From an uncultured Gammaproteobacteria bacterium (lineage in GTDB: Bacteria; Patescibacteriota; Patescibacteriia; UBA9934), in the NCBI GenBank assembly GCA_964452565.1, contig CAYVLY010000001.1, forward strand, positions 142,638-206,637: a stretch of 64,000 nucleotides of DNA, in the 5' to 3' direction. A program made the position numbers and the translations under genes. A model generated the notes under the pieces. It saw only the letters and a list, made by a program, of their open reading frames with translations. It searched no databases and was not told the origin of the DNA. Position 1 is the stretch's first letter. Each line of letters starts with the position of its first letter. Shown here one piece after another: positions 10,265 to 19,318 of this stretch.

Positions 10265-12769
10265 ATGAAAAGGACAATTTCGACAATTACTATCTTCGCT
10301 TGTGTTGCCAGCTTCCTATTGCCAACATTGCGGGCTAGAGCTGCTGATATAGATGCATCTGCTGGAGACCTCATTAAAAATGAGTCATTATCAGCGGTTT
10401 ACTACTACGCAGCTGATGGTAATCGTTATACATTCCCAAATGAGAAAACTTACTTCACTTGGTACGATGATTTTGATGATGTTGTGACAATTTCAGATGA
10501 TCAGTTAGCAGACGTCCCTCTTGTTGGTGTTGTAACATACAAACCAGGGGTTCGTATGGTTAAAATAGAGTCTGACCCTAAGGTCTATGCAGTTGCAGGT
10601 GGTGCAGTATTGCGCTGGGTAACTACAGAAGAGATTGTAACAAGCTTGTATGGAAGTGCGTGGAATACATACATAGATGATATTCCTGTTGCATTTTGGC
10701 CGCACTATTCTTTTGGTAATGATATTGCGTCAGATGGTCAATATAGTAAGGACGAAGAGGAAGCAGGTGCTGATAGTATTCAAGATGAATTGGATGCTGT
10801 AGACGATTCTGATGAGGATTCTTCGGGTGACGAGGACGATACAGACGATTCATCAGATGATGAGGACTCAGATGATACAGATGATGCCGACGACTCTGAC
10901 GATAGTGAAGATACGGATGACGAGGCCGTCTATGACATGGTATTAATAGGTAACGTCCCAGACGGCAATCAGCCACCAACAAATTCATTTTTACTTGGCG
11001 ATACAAACTTCTGCGCACCGATATCAGCTGCCAATGTTACCGAATATTGGGATACGGTAATTGGTGATAGCAATGCAGATGATGTTAACGCAGATTTAAA
11101 TGTCGTCGAAACCGTTGCAGACTGGATTGGCTTTTTCATGAATACAAATGATGTTGGAAGTATAGATAGAAACTCAGGGCTAGGCTTTGGTACGCCAATT
11201 ATTAATATTGCATCAGGAATTATTGATTGGACGATTTGGGATGGTGTCGATGGGAGCGACTATGAATTCGACGACCCATGGTTTGATCTAGCCGGTAAGG
11301 AAGACTACACATCATGGGATATTGAAACAATAAGTTTTGACGATGTCTCTGAGTCGTCTGCATGGACGCTATATATAAATGAGATTGATGCTGGTCAGCC
11401 ACCAGTGGTATCTTTTGAATATTGGAATCCACAAGAAACTACATTTGATGATTTAGAAAATAGCATCTCATTTTATACTTGGGGTGATGAAATAGATGTT
11501 GCTGATGATGCTGATTTGAGCCCAGATGAAATTGAGGAAAAATGGTATACAAATTCATCAGAGGAATATTCAACAGGACACGCTGTTACAGGGGTTGGAT
11601 ATATCCAAGATTATGATATGGGGGATGGCGTCAGCCGTGACTGGGCTATTGTTCATGACAATTGGGATACCACAGCAGAAAACATAGCAGTCCCATGGGA
11701 AAATTGGTCATCTACCACAAGCATCGATCCGGAGCCAAATACAGTCCCAGAGATTCCAGAAATTGATGATCCTGGCGACTTTGTTACCATTGGGGATGAT
11801 TATGATGTGACATGGGAAAGTGTGCGAGGTGCTAAGAATTATTGCATCGACTGGGACATCTCTCCTGGATTTGAGTCAGGACTAGGCGCATGTACCTATG
11901 GTGGAAGCAATACTGAGTATTCATTCACGGGAACAACAGATGAGATGAATTGGTTGAGACAGGATCATTTCTATAGAGTAAAAGCCTGCAATGATATGGG
12001 ATGCAGTGATTGGAGCGAGATTGTGGATATGGTGGTATTAGAGATAGATCCAATAGTAGTTCCAGATGACTACTTATATATTCAGCAGGCCTTAAATTCT
12101 GCATCAGCGGGAGATACAGTCTATGTAAAGGATGGGGTTCATGAAATGAGTTCAATGACCATGCCAGATGCTGTATATCTTATTGGTGAGAGTGTTGAAA
12201 ACACAATAGTAGAAATTTATGATAATATCGGAGTAACTACAGGCGACTATACATTGATAATGAACATTACATTCAACTCGGATGATGGAACAATGTTTTA
12301 TGTATCAGGTGTCACATCTAGTTTCTTGAATGTGTTATTTGAAGCAGAATCCTCGCAAGTCATTCAGGTCACTTACGGTGGTGATCTATATGTCTACAAC
12401 AGTACACTCTATTCAACTGGTGCTTATGGAGGAATATGGACTGATATAGAGTACGTAAATAGTGTAGATATTGTGAACACGATCGTTCAGGGATTTAGAT
12501 ACGGGCTATATGTACAGGGTTCAAGTATAGGCACATCTTCCTACTCAAACGTATTTGGCACTGACGATTCTATGAATTGGTATGGTAATATCGTGCAGGA
12601 TTCTACAGATATATCAACTGACTCAATGTTTGTTGATGAGTCAGGTCGTGATTATAGATTAAGTGATTCTTCTCCATGTATAGATGCTGGACAGCCTTCG
12701 ATGATTTATAATGATGTGGATGGAACTGTAAATGACATGGGTGCATTTGGTGGTGCATATGGATGGTAG
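10265..12769 (+). CDS. Secreted multidomain protein: CPR-type N-terminal repeat domain, papain-like (C39-like) peptidase, FN3-like domain, beta-helix
   Basis: GDLIK..SLSAVYYY..DGNRYTFPNEKTYFTWY; NFCAPISAA...GHAVTGVGY...VHDNW; YRVKACN; VPDDY..IQQALN...SPCIDAG. Confidence 0.75.
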   Translation: MKRTISTITIFACVASFLLPTLRARAADIDASAGDLIKNESLSAVYYYAADGNRYTFPNEKTYFTWYDDFDDVVTISDDQLADVPLVGVVTYKPGVRMVKIESDPKVYAVAGGAVLRWVTTEEIVTSLYGSAWNTYIDDIPVAFWPHYSFGNDIASDGQYSKDEEEAGADSIQDELDAVDDSDEDSSGDEDDTDDSSDDEDSDDTDDADDSDDSEDTDDEAVYDMVLIGNVPDGNQPPTNSFLLGDTNFCAPISAANVTEYWDTVIGDSNADDVNADLNVVETVADWIGFFMNTNDVGSIDRNSGLGFGTPIINIASGIIDWTIWDGVDGSDYEFDDPWFDLAGKEDYTSWDIETISFDDVSESSAWTLYINEIDAGQPPVVSFEYWNPQETTFDDLENSISFYTWGDEIDVADDADLSPDEIEEKWYTNSSEEYSTGHAVTGVGYIQDYDMGDGVSRDWAIVHDNWDTTAENIAVPWENWSSTTSIDPEPNTVPEIPEIDDPGDFVTIGDDYDVTWESVRGAKNYCIDWDISPGFESGLGACTYGGSNTEYSFTGTTDEMNWLRQDHFYRVKACNDMGCSDWSEIVDMVVLEIDPIVVPDDYLYIQQALNSASAGDTVYVKDGVHEMSSMTMPDAVYLIGESVENTIVEIYDNIGVTTGDYTLIMNITFNSDDGTMFYVSGVTSSFLNVLFEAESSQVIQVTYGGDLYVYNSTLYSTGAYGGIWTDIEYVNSVDIVNTIVQGFRYGLYVQGSSIGTSSYSNVFGTDDSMNWYGNIVQDSTDISTDSMFVDESGRDYRLSDSSPCIDAGQPSMIYNDVDGTVNDMGAFGGAYGW

Positions 12770-12838
12770 GCCTTGATGTGGGTGTGCTATTCAGCTAATA
12801 TCACAATTAAACACTAAGTAATAATAATTTTCATTTAT

Positions 12839-13198
12839 ATGCAAGAAAGAGAAGGTGCCGTTCTACTAAAAAGATTGGAAGCAGAAAATAAAGAGAAATA
12901 CTCGCAAGCTAGGGATATATTTGATAGCACCCCATTGCCAGATGGTGTTACAGCCAATATGAATGTATACCTGGGGGAGCCTGTTTATCCATCAGTTGAT
13001 ATTAATGAAGCAGAAGAAGTGGGGAGTTCAACAATAGAAGTTTTCTATGAAAATATGGATGCCCATGAGCCTGCGACAAGATATTTCGATGAAATGAAGG
13101 CGAGTCTGAAGGAAGCCGGTTATCAAGTAGAGCCAACGCCAAATGTGCATGTTGATCATGAGGGAAGTGGTTCATTTGAGTACTACCTAGTTAAGTAG
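12839..13198 (+). CDS. Hypothetical protein
   Basis: 119-aa ORF followed by a shared terminator. Confidence 0.6.
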   Translation: MQEREGAVLLKRLEAENKEKYSQARDIFDSTPLPDGVTANMNVYLGEPVYPSVDINEAEEVGSSTIEVFYENMDAHEPATRYFDEMKASLKEAGYQVEPTPNVHVDHEGSGSFEYYLVK

Positions 13199-13225
13199 TT
13201 ATTTTGCCGACTACAATAAGAGTAA

Positions 13226-13259
13226 AAAACACCCACACTCATAGAAGTGTGGGTGTTTT
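13226..13259. terminator. Bidirectional terminator
   Basis: AAAACACCCACACT-cataga-AGTGTGGGTGTTTT. Confidence 0.8.
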
Positions 13260-13272
13260 GTTTTCTGCAAGA

Positions 13273-14145
13273 TTATTCCAGAGTGACTTCTATATATACT
13301 ATTTCACTAGGATCGCTTACATCGTACACATTATGTGATTCAGCGTAGTAGTAAAATATCATTGTTGACGTGACCTCTAGATTTTCTACATGATCTGTTG
13401 TATCAGGTCCGGATGCTACTATTACAGAATCGCTGAATGATGGATCAACATCTCTATACAGCACAAAGTGTGCAGTGCAATCGGTGTCTGACCATCTTAT
13501 TGTAAAGTCTGTACCACTTTCAACAGAAGCCCCCATGTCGTAGATCTCTGGCGCTGGCGGCCCCTCACTCGGCGTCCAATTCATGCATTCCTCGTAATCA
13601 GTATTGTCATCAAGCCCTAGATCAATTCCAATAGTTTCGTTCCAACCGATGATTTCAGATCGATTAAAATCATCTGGATCTGTTATGTCCTCACCAACTG
13701 TATAGTTTGTATAGAAAACGTCGGGCAGGTCATCAATATGCGTATTCCAGTCGGTTCCATATAGACTTCTAGCAACCTCTTCTGACGCGACCCAGCGCAA
13801 AACACCACCTTGATCAACCGCATATACACTTGGTACTGATGTAAGTTTTACCATTCTGGTCCCAGGTCTGTAAGTCACATTTGCCTCAAGTGGGATACTT
13901 GCAAGTTCAGAATCAGATATAGTCTCTATTGAATCAAAATCATCATACCAGGAGAAGTAAATGCGCTCATTAGGGAATGAATATCGATTCCCATCACTTG
14001 CATAATAGTAGATACTGGACATGCTTCCCTTGATAAGTGTGCCAGCATCAGTGTCAGCTGTAATAGCATGCACTGGTTGAACTAGGGCGCCTAGCATTCC
14101 AAGTCCAACACAGAATGTAAGACACCATGAAATAATTTTCTTCAT
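13273..14145 (-). CDS. Secreted protein with the same N-terminal repeat domain as 10265..12769 plus an FN3-like domain
   Basis: GTLIKGSMSSIYYYASDGNRYSFPNERIYFSWY, YRPGTRMVK, GGVLRWV; clear paralogy. Confidence 0.75.
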   Translation of the reverse strand: MKKIISWCLTFCVGLGMLGALVQPVHAITADTDAGTLIKGSMSSIYYYASDGNRYSFPNERIYFSWYDDFDSIETISDSELASIPLEANVTYRPGTRMVKLTSVPSVYAVDQGGVLRWVASEEVARSLYGTDWNTHIDDLPDVFYTNYTVGEDITDPDDFNRSEIIGWNETIGIDLGLDDNTDYEECMNWTPSEGPPAPEIYDMGASVESGTDFTIRWSDTDCTAHFVLYRDVDPSFSDSVIVASGPDTTDHVENLEVTSTMIFYYYAESHNVYDVSDPSEIVYIEVTLE

Positions 14146-14221
14146 AATTTAAAGATCACGGAATTAGATGATTTAATAATATCAAAAAAGCAGACACAGC
14201 CGACAGTGGCTGTGCATACTT

Positions 14222-14428
14222 TTAGATAATAATGAACAGGGAAGTGATGATCACTAGCCCAGCAAGAATTGAGAAACATCCTCCTGAACTACCATAGGCT
14301 GGTCTGGGACCGCCTTTAAAAGACTTGCGCGGCGGACGTGGTCCAAGCCGCTTTGGACCTTTTCTTAATGCTGGTCGTCGAGGGCCTCGAACCTTACCCA
14401 TTTTTCCCATTGGTCGTTTTACTTTCAT
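14222..14428 (-). CDS. Small basic Arg/Lys/Pro/Gly-rich protein with C-terminal TM anchor
   Basis: 68 aa, GPR repeats, ends GGCFSILAGLVIITSLFIII. Confidence 0.55.
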   Translation of the reverse strand: MKVKRPMGKMGKVRGPRRPALRKGPKRLGPRPPRKSFKGGPRPAYGSSGGCFSILAGLVIITSLFIII

Positions 14429-14432
14429 ATAC

Positions 14433-15377
14433 TTAAGTTACTTGTTTGAAGATATTGATTAGAATGTATGTCAAGTAGATGACAATGAGTATAATCGCGT
14501 TTGATTTGCTTAGCCTGAGATTTTTTCTAAAGAATAGAATAACAGCAACTGATACAACGAATAATATACCCAGATCAATGAAAAGGAGTGATTTATCAAA
14601 GATGAATGTTGAAATAACAGTTCCCACACCGAGTGTAAAAAGAAGATCAAAAATTGTACTACCGAAGATGTTTCCAAGTGCAAGCTTACTTGCGCCTTTA
14701 CGAACGGCTGTTAGTGATGTTGCAAGCTCTGGAAGACTTGTGCCAAGTCCAACGATTGTTATACCAATAAACGATTGAGAGACGCCTAGTAGCGAACTTA
14801 GATGAATTGCATTATCAATTGTTATTTCTGAAGCAAGAATTACTAATGCAAGCCCACCAACGATTGAAAGAAAGGACCATGTCAATCCTGATTTGTGATT
14901 CTTACGAACTTTTTCAATAACACGCTCTTGTTGTGCTATTTGAAGGAAGTAAAACGCATAAGCCATTATCATGATAACGCCGTCGATTCTGGATAGCGTG
15001 CCATCAATTCCTAATAAAAACAGCAGTATTATTGAAATCAAAATTGCTATTCCATCTCTTTTAAGCTCTTTGCGCGTTATTGTTAGTATTCCAAAAAAAC
15101 TAATGAAACCAATGATCATTGTCATTTGGCTTATTGTTGTACCAAGTGTTTCGCCGATGATGAGTCCTGAAGTCTCAACCCCAGCCAAACGTTGGAGTGC
15201 AGCATTTATATCAATGATTAGTTCAGGAAGATCTGTTCCAAGTGCAAGAATCGTGAGCCCGAAAAATAGCTGCGATATCTTGAATCGCTTTGCTAGGAAT
15301 ATAGATCCCTGAATGGTGAGCTGTGATCCAATCCACAGTCCGACTAATCCTAGTATGAGAAGTAAAAGTTCGAGCAT
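14433..15377 (-). CDS. Calcium/sodium antiporter (second CaCA paralog)
   Basis: GTDLPE and GTSLPE...GNIFGS alpha repeats. Confidence 0.88.
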   Translation of the reverse strand: MLELLLLILGLVGLWIGSQLTIQGSIFLAKRFKISQLFFGLTILALGTDLPELIIDINAALQRLAGVETSGLIIGETLGTTISQMTMIIGFISFFGILTITRKELKRDGIAILISIILLFLLGIDGTLSRIDGVIMIMAYAFYFLQIAQQERVIEKVRKNHKSGLTWSFLSIVGGLALVILASEITIDNAIHLSSLLGVSQSFIGITIVGLGTSLPELATSLTAVRKGASKLALGNIFGSTIFDLLFTLGVGTVISTFIFDKSLLFIDLGILFVVSVAVILFFRKNLRLSKSNAIILIVIYLTYILINIFKQVT

Positions 15378-15421
15378 GTATCTATCATATCAAATCAGTG
15401 CTCAGTATTGAACCTTTACTA

Positions 15422-15450
15422 TTGATCTCTTAGAAAGAACATGATATAGT
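15422..15450 (+). promoter_or_regulatory. Sigma70-like promoter for the tRNA-Asn locus
   Basis: TTGATC-17bp-TATAGT with TG at the extended -10 position. Confidence 0.55.
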
Positions 15451-15468
15451 TTCCCCGCAAATCATTAA

Positions 15469-15601
15469 TCCGGGGTAGCTCCCGCCTTCGTTCCTATCGG
15501 AACTTCGGCGGGCAGGCAGCATGCAAATGCCGCTTCGCTACCCTAATTATTCCGGGGTAGCTCAGCGGCACCTGCCTGCCGGCAGGCAGGGAGCAATTGG
15601 C
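15469..15601 (+). repeat. Two partial copies of the tRNA-Asn 5' end, each interrupted by a palindrome, plus an inverted partial copy
   Basis: TCCGGGGTAGCTC at 15469; TCCGGGGTAGCTCAGCGGCA[CCTGCCTGCCGGCAGGCAGG]GAGCAATTGGC at 15551; inverted TGCCGCTtcGCTACCC at 15528. Confidence 0.9.
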
Positions 15602-15607
15602 GCAATT

Positions 15608-15865
15608 ATGAAATATACAATTTACGCCATTAAGAGCAAGAAAGATAAAAGAGTATACGTCGGCTTTACAGATAATCTTAATAGACGTTTAAGAGAACAT
15701 AATTCGGGGTTTGTAAAATCTACTAAGGGTTACAAACCTTGGATCGTGTTCTATACTGAACAGACCCACCTTCGATCTGAGGCTAGACGAAGAGAAAAAT
15801 ACCTCAAATCAGGTTGTGGAAAAGAGTTTCTGAAATCAGTTAGAGATAACAACATTCCGGGGTAG
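15608..15865 (+). CDS. GIY-YIG nuclease (small stand-alone type)
   Basis: YTIYAIKS...VYVGFTDNLNRRLREHNSG..KSTK.YKPW...RREKYLKSG.G; stop codon lies inside tRNA-Asn. Confidence 0.9.
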   Translation: MKYTIYAIKSKKDKRVYVGFTDNLNRRLREHNSGFVKSTKGYKPWIVFYTEQTHLRSEARRREKYLKSGCGKEFLKSVRDNNIPG

Positions 15866-15930
15866 CTCAGCGGCAGAGCAATTGGCTGTTAACCAATGGG
15901 TCGTGGGTTCGAATCCCACCCCCGGAGCCA
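15856..15930 (+). tRNA. tRNA-Asn(GTT)
   Basis: Acceptor TCCGGGG/CCCCGGA, anticodon arm ATTGG-CTGTTAA-CCAAT, GTTCGAATC, encoded CCA. Confidence 0.97.
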
Positions 15931-17505
15931 AGAAGAATGGATGGTAGAAATACCTTCCATTTTTCTTTTGTCTTGGCTATTTTTGTTTGGTTCTAACCTT
16001 AGGTACTCCTTTTCGAGTTCAGGATAGCTCTCTGCGATAGGTACGAACCATTCGTTCAGTTGAATCTTTAGGTTTCCGTCAATAATCTCAAAGTCTGATC
16101 CGAGAGCATTAAGAATCTCACGCTTAGTTCTAACGTCTCCATTTAAGAACCTCGTGTGAGCGTATGTTGCAAAATCAAAAGTCTGCTCTGTAAGCTCTAT
16201 CCATTTTTCTGCTCGTTGTTCTGTTCGTTCGATTTCTGACTTGTACTTTTCTAACTCGGACTTGATGCGTGCCTTTTCTTTTAGGTATTCCTCATCATTT
16301 ATGAGTTCCTTTATCCTCATCTTTGTAAGGCTGTCCATCTCATTCTGCTTCATCTGATAAGCCTTTGTTTGAGTTTCGTAAACCTGAGTTCGTTTCTTTA
16401 CTTCTTTTTCATGTTCATTGCCCAACACCTCAAGAGCCCAGTCCCGAAACTGCGGAAGAATCGTGATTTTTATAAGTTCACGTTCAATCTGCTCTTCGAT
16501 GTTCTCAACTCGTAGGTTTTTGCGCTGTGTGCAGTCAATATCACGCTTTTTGTTCGTACAATGATAGTAAGTGTAGTGTTTTACCTCTTTCGTTGACTTG
16601 ATGAACTTTTGCTTGGTTTGTGCTGTGTAGTTACAGCCACATTCTCCGCATCTAATCATTCCAGTAAATGAAAACTCATGTGTTCTGGGCCTTGGCTTTC
16701 CCCGTTTGCCAAGTAGCCTTTGAACACGGTCAAACTCATCGAGGGTGATCATGGGCTCGTGTGCACCCTGTTTCCATTCTTTACGATATGAAAATAAACC
16801 AGCATAAAAGGCGTTGTTGAATATTCTATAAACTCCGCTGTATGAAAGAGGATTTCCCCCTATACGTTTCATTTTTCTACTAGTCAGGCCCCATTCGTTA
16901 TTTGCTATATCTACGATTTGCCTTGGTGTATACGTGCCAGTAAGCATAAGGTCCCACATCTTCCTTACTATTTGGAACCGATCTGGGTCTGGGATAATGA
17001 TATGCGTTTCATCGTCTGTAACATGGTTCAGATATCCCAGAGGAGCCATATTGGGCATCCAGCCCAATTCAACCTTTCGCTCCATGCCTCTGATGGTATT
17101 TTTTCTAAGATCAAGGATGAATTGGTTCGCAACACCGCTCTCAACACTCAAAATCAAGGCATTGTCATTTGGTCTGTACTCTCTATCAAATGTGCGAACT
17201 GATTGAAGTATCTCTTTTTGCAAAAGCCACTGGATAGTCCCGCTATCAACTGGGTTTCTCGATAGACGATTGATTTGCCAGCAGAGAATACCCTCAGCGT
17301 CACCTTTACGAATTCTTTGAATCATATCCTCAAAAACAGGCCTATTGTTTGGCTGCTTTGCCGACTTGGACTCTGTGAGACGATCAACAACTGTCAGACC
17401 AAGCTCTTTTGCGAGCTTGTCTAATCTTTCGAGCTGATCATCAATTGATTGTACCTGCCGATCCTCACTTTCTGAGGACTTTCTAGCGTATATAAAGTAT
17501 TTCAT
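15889..17505 (-). CDS. Large serine recombinase (resolvase, recombinase and zinc-ribbon domains)
   Basis: YFIYARKSSE catalytic Ser, RPVF, INRLSRN, APLGY, AHEPMI, CGECG...YYHC; C-terminus WLRGWDSNPRPIG is antisense tRNA. Confidence 0.93.
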   Translation of the reverse strand: MKYFIYARKSSESEDRQVQSIDDQLERLDKLAKELGLTVVDRLTESKSAKQPNNRPVFEDMIQRIRKGDAEGILCWQINRLSRNPVDSGTIQWLLQKEILQSVRTFDREYRPNDNALILSVESGVANQFILDLRKNTIRGMERKVELGWMPNMAPLGYLNHVTDDETHIIIPDPDRFQIVRKMWDLMLTGTYTPRQIVDIANNEWGLTSRKMKRIGGNPLSYSGVYRIFNNAFYAGLFSYRKEWKQGAHEPMITLDEFDRVQRLLGKRGKPRPRTHEFSFTGMIRCGECGCNYTAQTKQKFIKSTKEVKHYTYYHCTNKKRDIDCTQRKNLRVENIEEQIERELIKITILPQFRDWALEVLGNEHEKEVKKRTQVYETQTKAYQMKQNEMDSLTKMRIKELINDEEYLKEKARIKSELEKYKSEIERTEQRAEKWIELTEQTFDFATYAHTRFLNGDVRTKREILNALGSDFEIIDGNLKIQLNEWFVPIAESYPELEKEYLRLEPNKNSQDKRKMEGISTIHSSWLRGWDSNPRPIG

Positions 17506-17521
17506 ATAATCGTAATCAAAA

Positions 17522-17634
17522 GGACGGTTCTGGCTACCCAACTGCGCCTATACCAAAGTATCCCGCTTGCTGGCAGAACCGCCCATTTGAGGCAGTAAAC
17601 GGAATAGTTCTATATTGGTATTCAGTTGGGTAGC
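17522..17634 (-). ncRNA. Candidate pseudoknotted RNA in the LSR leader
   Basis: 12-bp stem 17533-44/17623-34, 7-bp stem 17550-56/17615-21, 11-bp crossing pairing 17522-32/17574-84. Confidence 0.6.
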
Positions 17635-17641
17635 ACACTGA

Positions 17642-18256
17642 TTATAACTTATTTCGCAACATCATTTCCAGTTCTTCTGCCCTTGGCGCAGACCCCTCAT
17701 AACGAGAAAGTCTTTTCAGATATCTGAGGTATCGCTTCGTGGGCCGTCCTTTCCAGTATTTATACTTGACCTCCGTATTCATTAAATAGCCTTCAGCCTT
17801 GAATAGCTTCCCCAGAGCTCCAAAATAGCCCGTGTGCGTCTCTTGCTGGCTTTCATAGGCCAGATCATAGCAATGCCTGCACCCAAAGTATTTATCCGCT
17901 AAATAGAGGCTGCCTACACGCCTTCTGCAAGGAATTCCATCTTTCACAAGAGGACATGTAAACCAGTAACGAACCCCGCCGAAGTAACAAGGGGTAGTTG
18001 TTAGATCTACACTGTAATCTAAATCTTCACTCTCACCATTCCATCTGGTAGTTGATGTATAGGTGCATCTCATTGTTGAGTTGGTATTATCAACTAATAT
18101 ACTGATCCTGCCAGTAACTTCTCCGCATCTTCTCCAAGTGATTTCACCGCCCACATAATGAGGTTGAAGATAACCTAGCCTCTTAAGGGAGGTTGTACTG
18201 AGGTCTTTGTGCTCCTCGCATGTTTCTTTGCGCATAACCCTTTTTATCGAAATCAA
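17642..18256 (-). CDS. Mobile-element hypothetical protein with putative zinc finger
   Basis: GGVRYWFTCP...CRRRVGSLY...FGCRHCYDLAYESQ. Confidence 0.7.
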   Translation of the reverse strand: MISIKRVMRKETCEEHKDLSTTSLKRLGYLQPHYVGGEITWRRCGEVTGRISILVDNTNSTMRCTYTSTTRWNGESEDLDYSVDLTTTPCYFGGVRYWFTCPLVKDGIPCRRRVGSLYLADKYFGCRHCYDLAYESQQETHTGYFGALGKLFKAEGYLMNTEVKYKYWKGRPTKRYLRYLKRLSRYEGSAPRAEELEMMLRNKL

Positions 18257-18262
18257 TAGGAC

Positions 18263-18796
18263 TTATAGGGAATTGTTCATCATTTTATTCTTTGTATCAT
18301 TGTAGCTATCAAGTATCTGTTCTCGTGCTGATTTGCTAGTTTTTTCCGTTTCACTGGGATAGCTTACGCTATCCTGATTTATATTTTCTTCTTTTATATT
18401 ATCTTCACTTAGCTTCTCTTGTGCTTCATAACCGAAGGCAGGTGACAGACCATTGGCAACCAAAATATCCGAATAATCGCTAGGTTTGCTTCTATCTCTA
18501 CGAAGGGTTTGATACTTGTGCCAATTAGGATGGTAACCTGCTAGTCCCTTTTTTGTTTCACCTATGGTGATTAGCCCGCAGCCATGCATCTCATCAAACA
18601 TCTTTTCAATGGTCGGTACGCCAATCCTGTCGCTATGAAAGACTTTACGTTTCCAATATCTCGCATCTGCACGAAAACATCCCTCATCATCTGCTCCAAC
18701 TACTAGTCCAATAAACAACAATCTTGCAGTTGGTTTGAGTTGAATAAACTGCTCGCAGTCCCATATTCGTTCATGAACCATTCTTTTTCTGCTCAT
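18263..18796 (-). CDS. Phage replisome-organiser-like protein
   Basis: MSRKRM...W....F..L...ARLLFIGL...ADDEG N-terminus, NWHKYQ. Confidence 0.6.
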   Translation of the reverse strand: MSRKRMVHERIWDCEQFIQLKPTARLLFIGLVVGADDEGCFRADARYWKRKVFHSDRIGVPTIEKMFDEMHGCGLITIGETKKGLAGYHPNWHKYQTLRRDRSKPSDYSDILVANGLSPAFGYEAQEKLSEDNIKEENINQDSVSYPSETEKTSKSAREQILDSYNDTKNKMMNNSL

Positions 18797-18989
18797 AATT
18801 ATTTTTAATCATAATTTGTCTTTTTTTGGTTCCCGATAATTCACCTGAGGTAATTGGCGCATAGCATATTTTTATGGCGCTCAGAAGCCTTGTAGCTCGA
18901 TCTAAGGCCTCTTGTACCTCAAGACGGTATCCGAACTCTTGCTCGAATAAGTAAATAAAGCTCTCAAGTTGTTGTTTTGAGAGCTCCAT
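18771..18989 (-). CDS. Small hypothetical protein
   Basis: 72 aa, translationally coupled within the operon. Confidence 0.6.
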   Translation of the reverse strand: MELSKQQLESFIYLFEQEFGYRLEVQEALDRATRLLSAIKICYAPITSGELSGTKKRQIMIKNNYEQKKNGS

Positions 18990-18991
18990 AA

Positions 18992-19246
18992 CTACGATCG
19001 TGCTCGATACTTCAACATTCGCAGGTTCTCATGAAAAGAACGTGCATCAACATCTAGCTTGTTGCTCCAGTAAAGTGCCACGATCTCATCAATTTCATCG
19101 TCACGTTCGAAGGTAAATTTTGCTTTCAATGGATTGGACTTATCAATTGCTTTAACAACATATCCAACAGTGGAAAGCGCAGTCGAAAGTCCAATATCTG
19201 AATTAACCAAATACTGAGCTAAGGGAAGGTGTTCTGGTCTTTGCAT
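18992..19246 (-). CDS. DUF5659-like small protein
   Basis: DIGLSTAL...GY....IDK.NP.KA.F.F...YWSNKL.VDA. Confidence 0.55.
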   Translation of the reverse strand: MQRPEHLPLAQYLVNSDIGLSTALSTVGYVVKAIDKSNPLKAKFTFERDDEIDEIVALYWSNKLDVDARSFHENLRMLKYRARS

Positions 19247-19318
19247 AATGTAATATGTAACAAAACTAGGTTATAAACCTAGTTTCATATACTTTGTTTT
19301 TTCTGTCGTGACAGGAAA

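Noticed and set aside
10790-10925. GAT/GAC-rich quasi-repeat
   Set aside because: Explained by an Asp/Ser-rich protein linker.
15521-15607. N-terminal extension of the GIY-YIG ORF (HLPAGRQG)
   Set aside because: It is the translation of tRNA fragments and a palindrome; the domain starts at ATG 15608.
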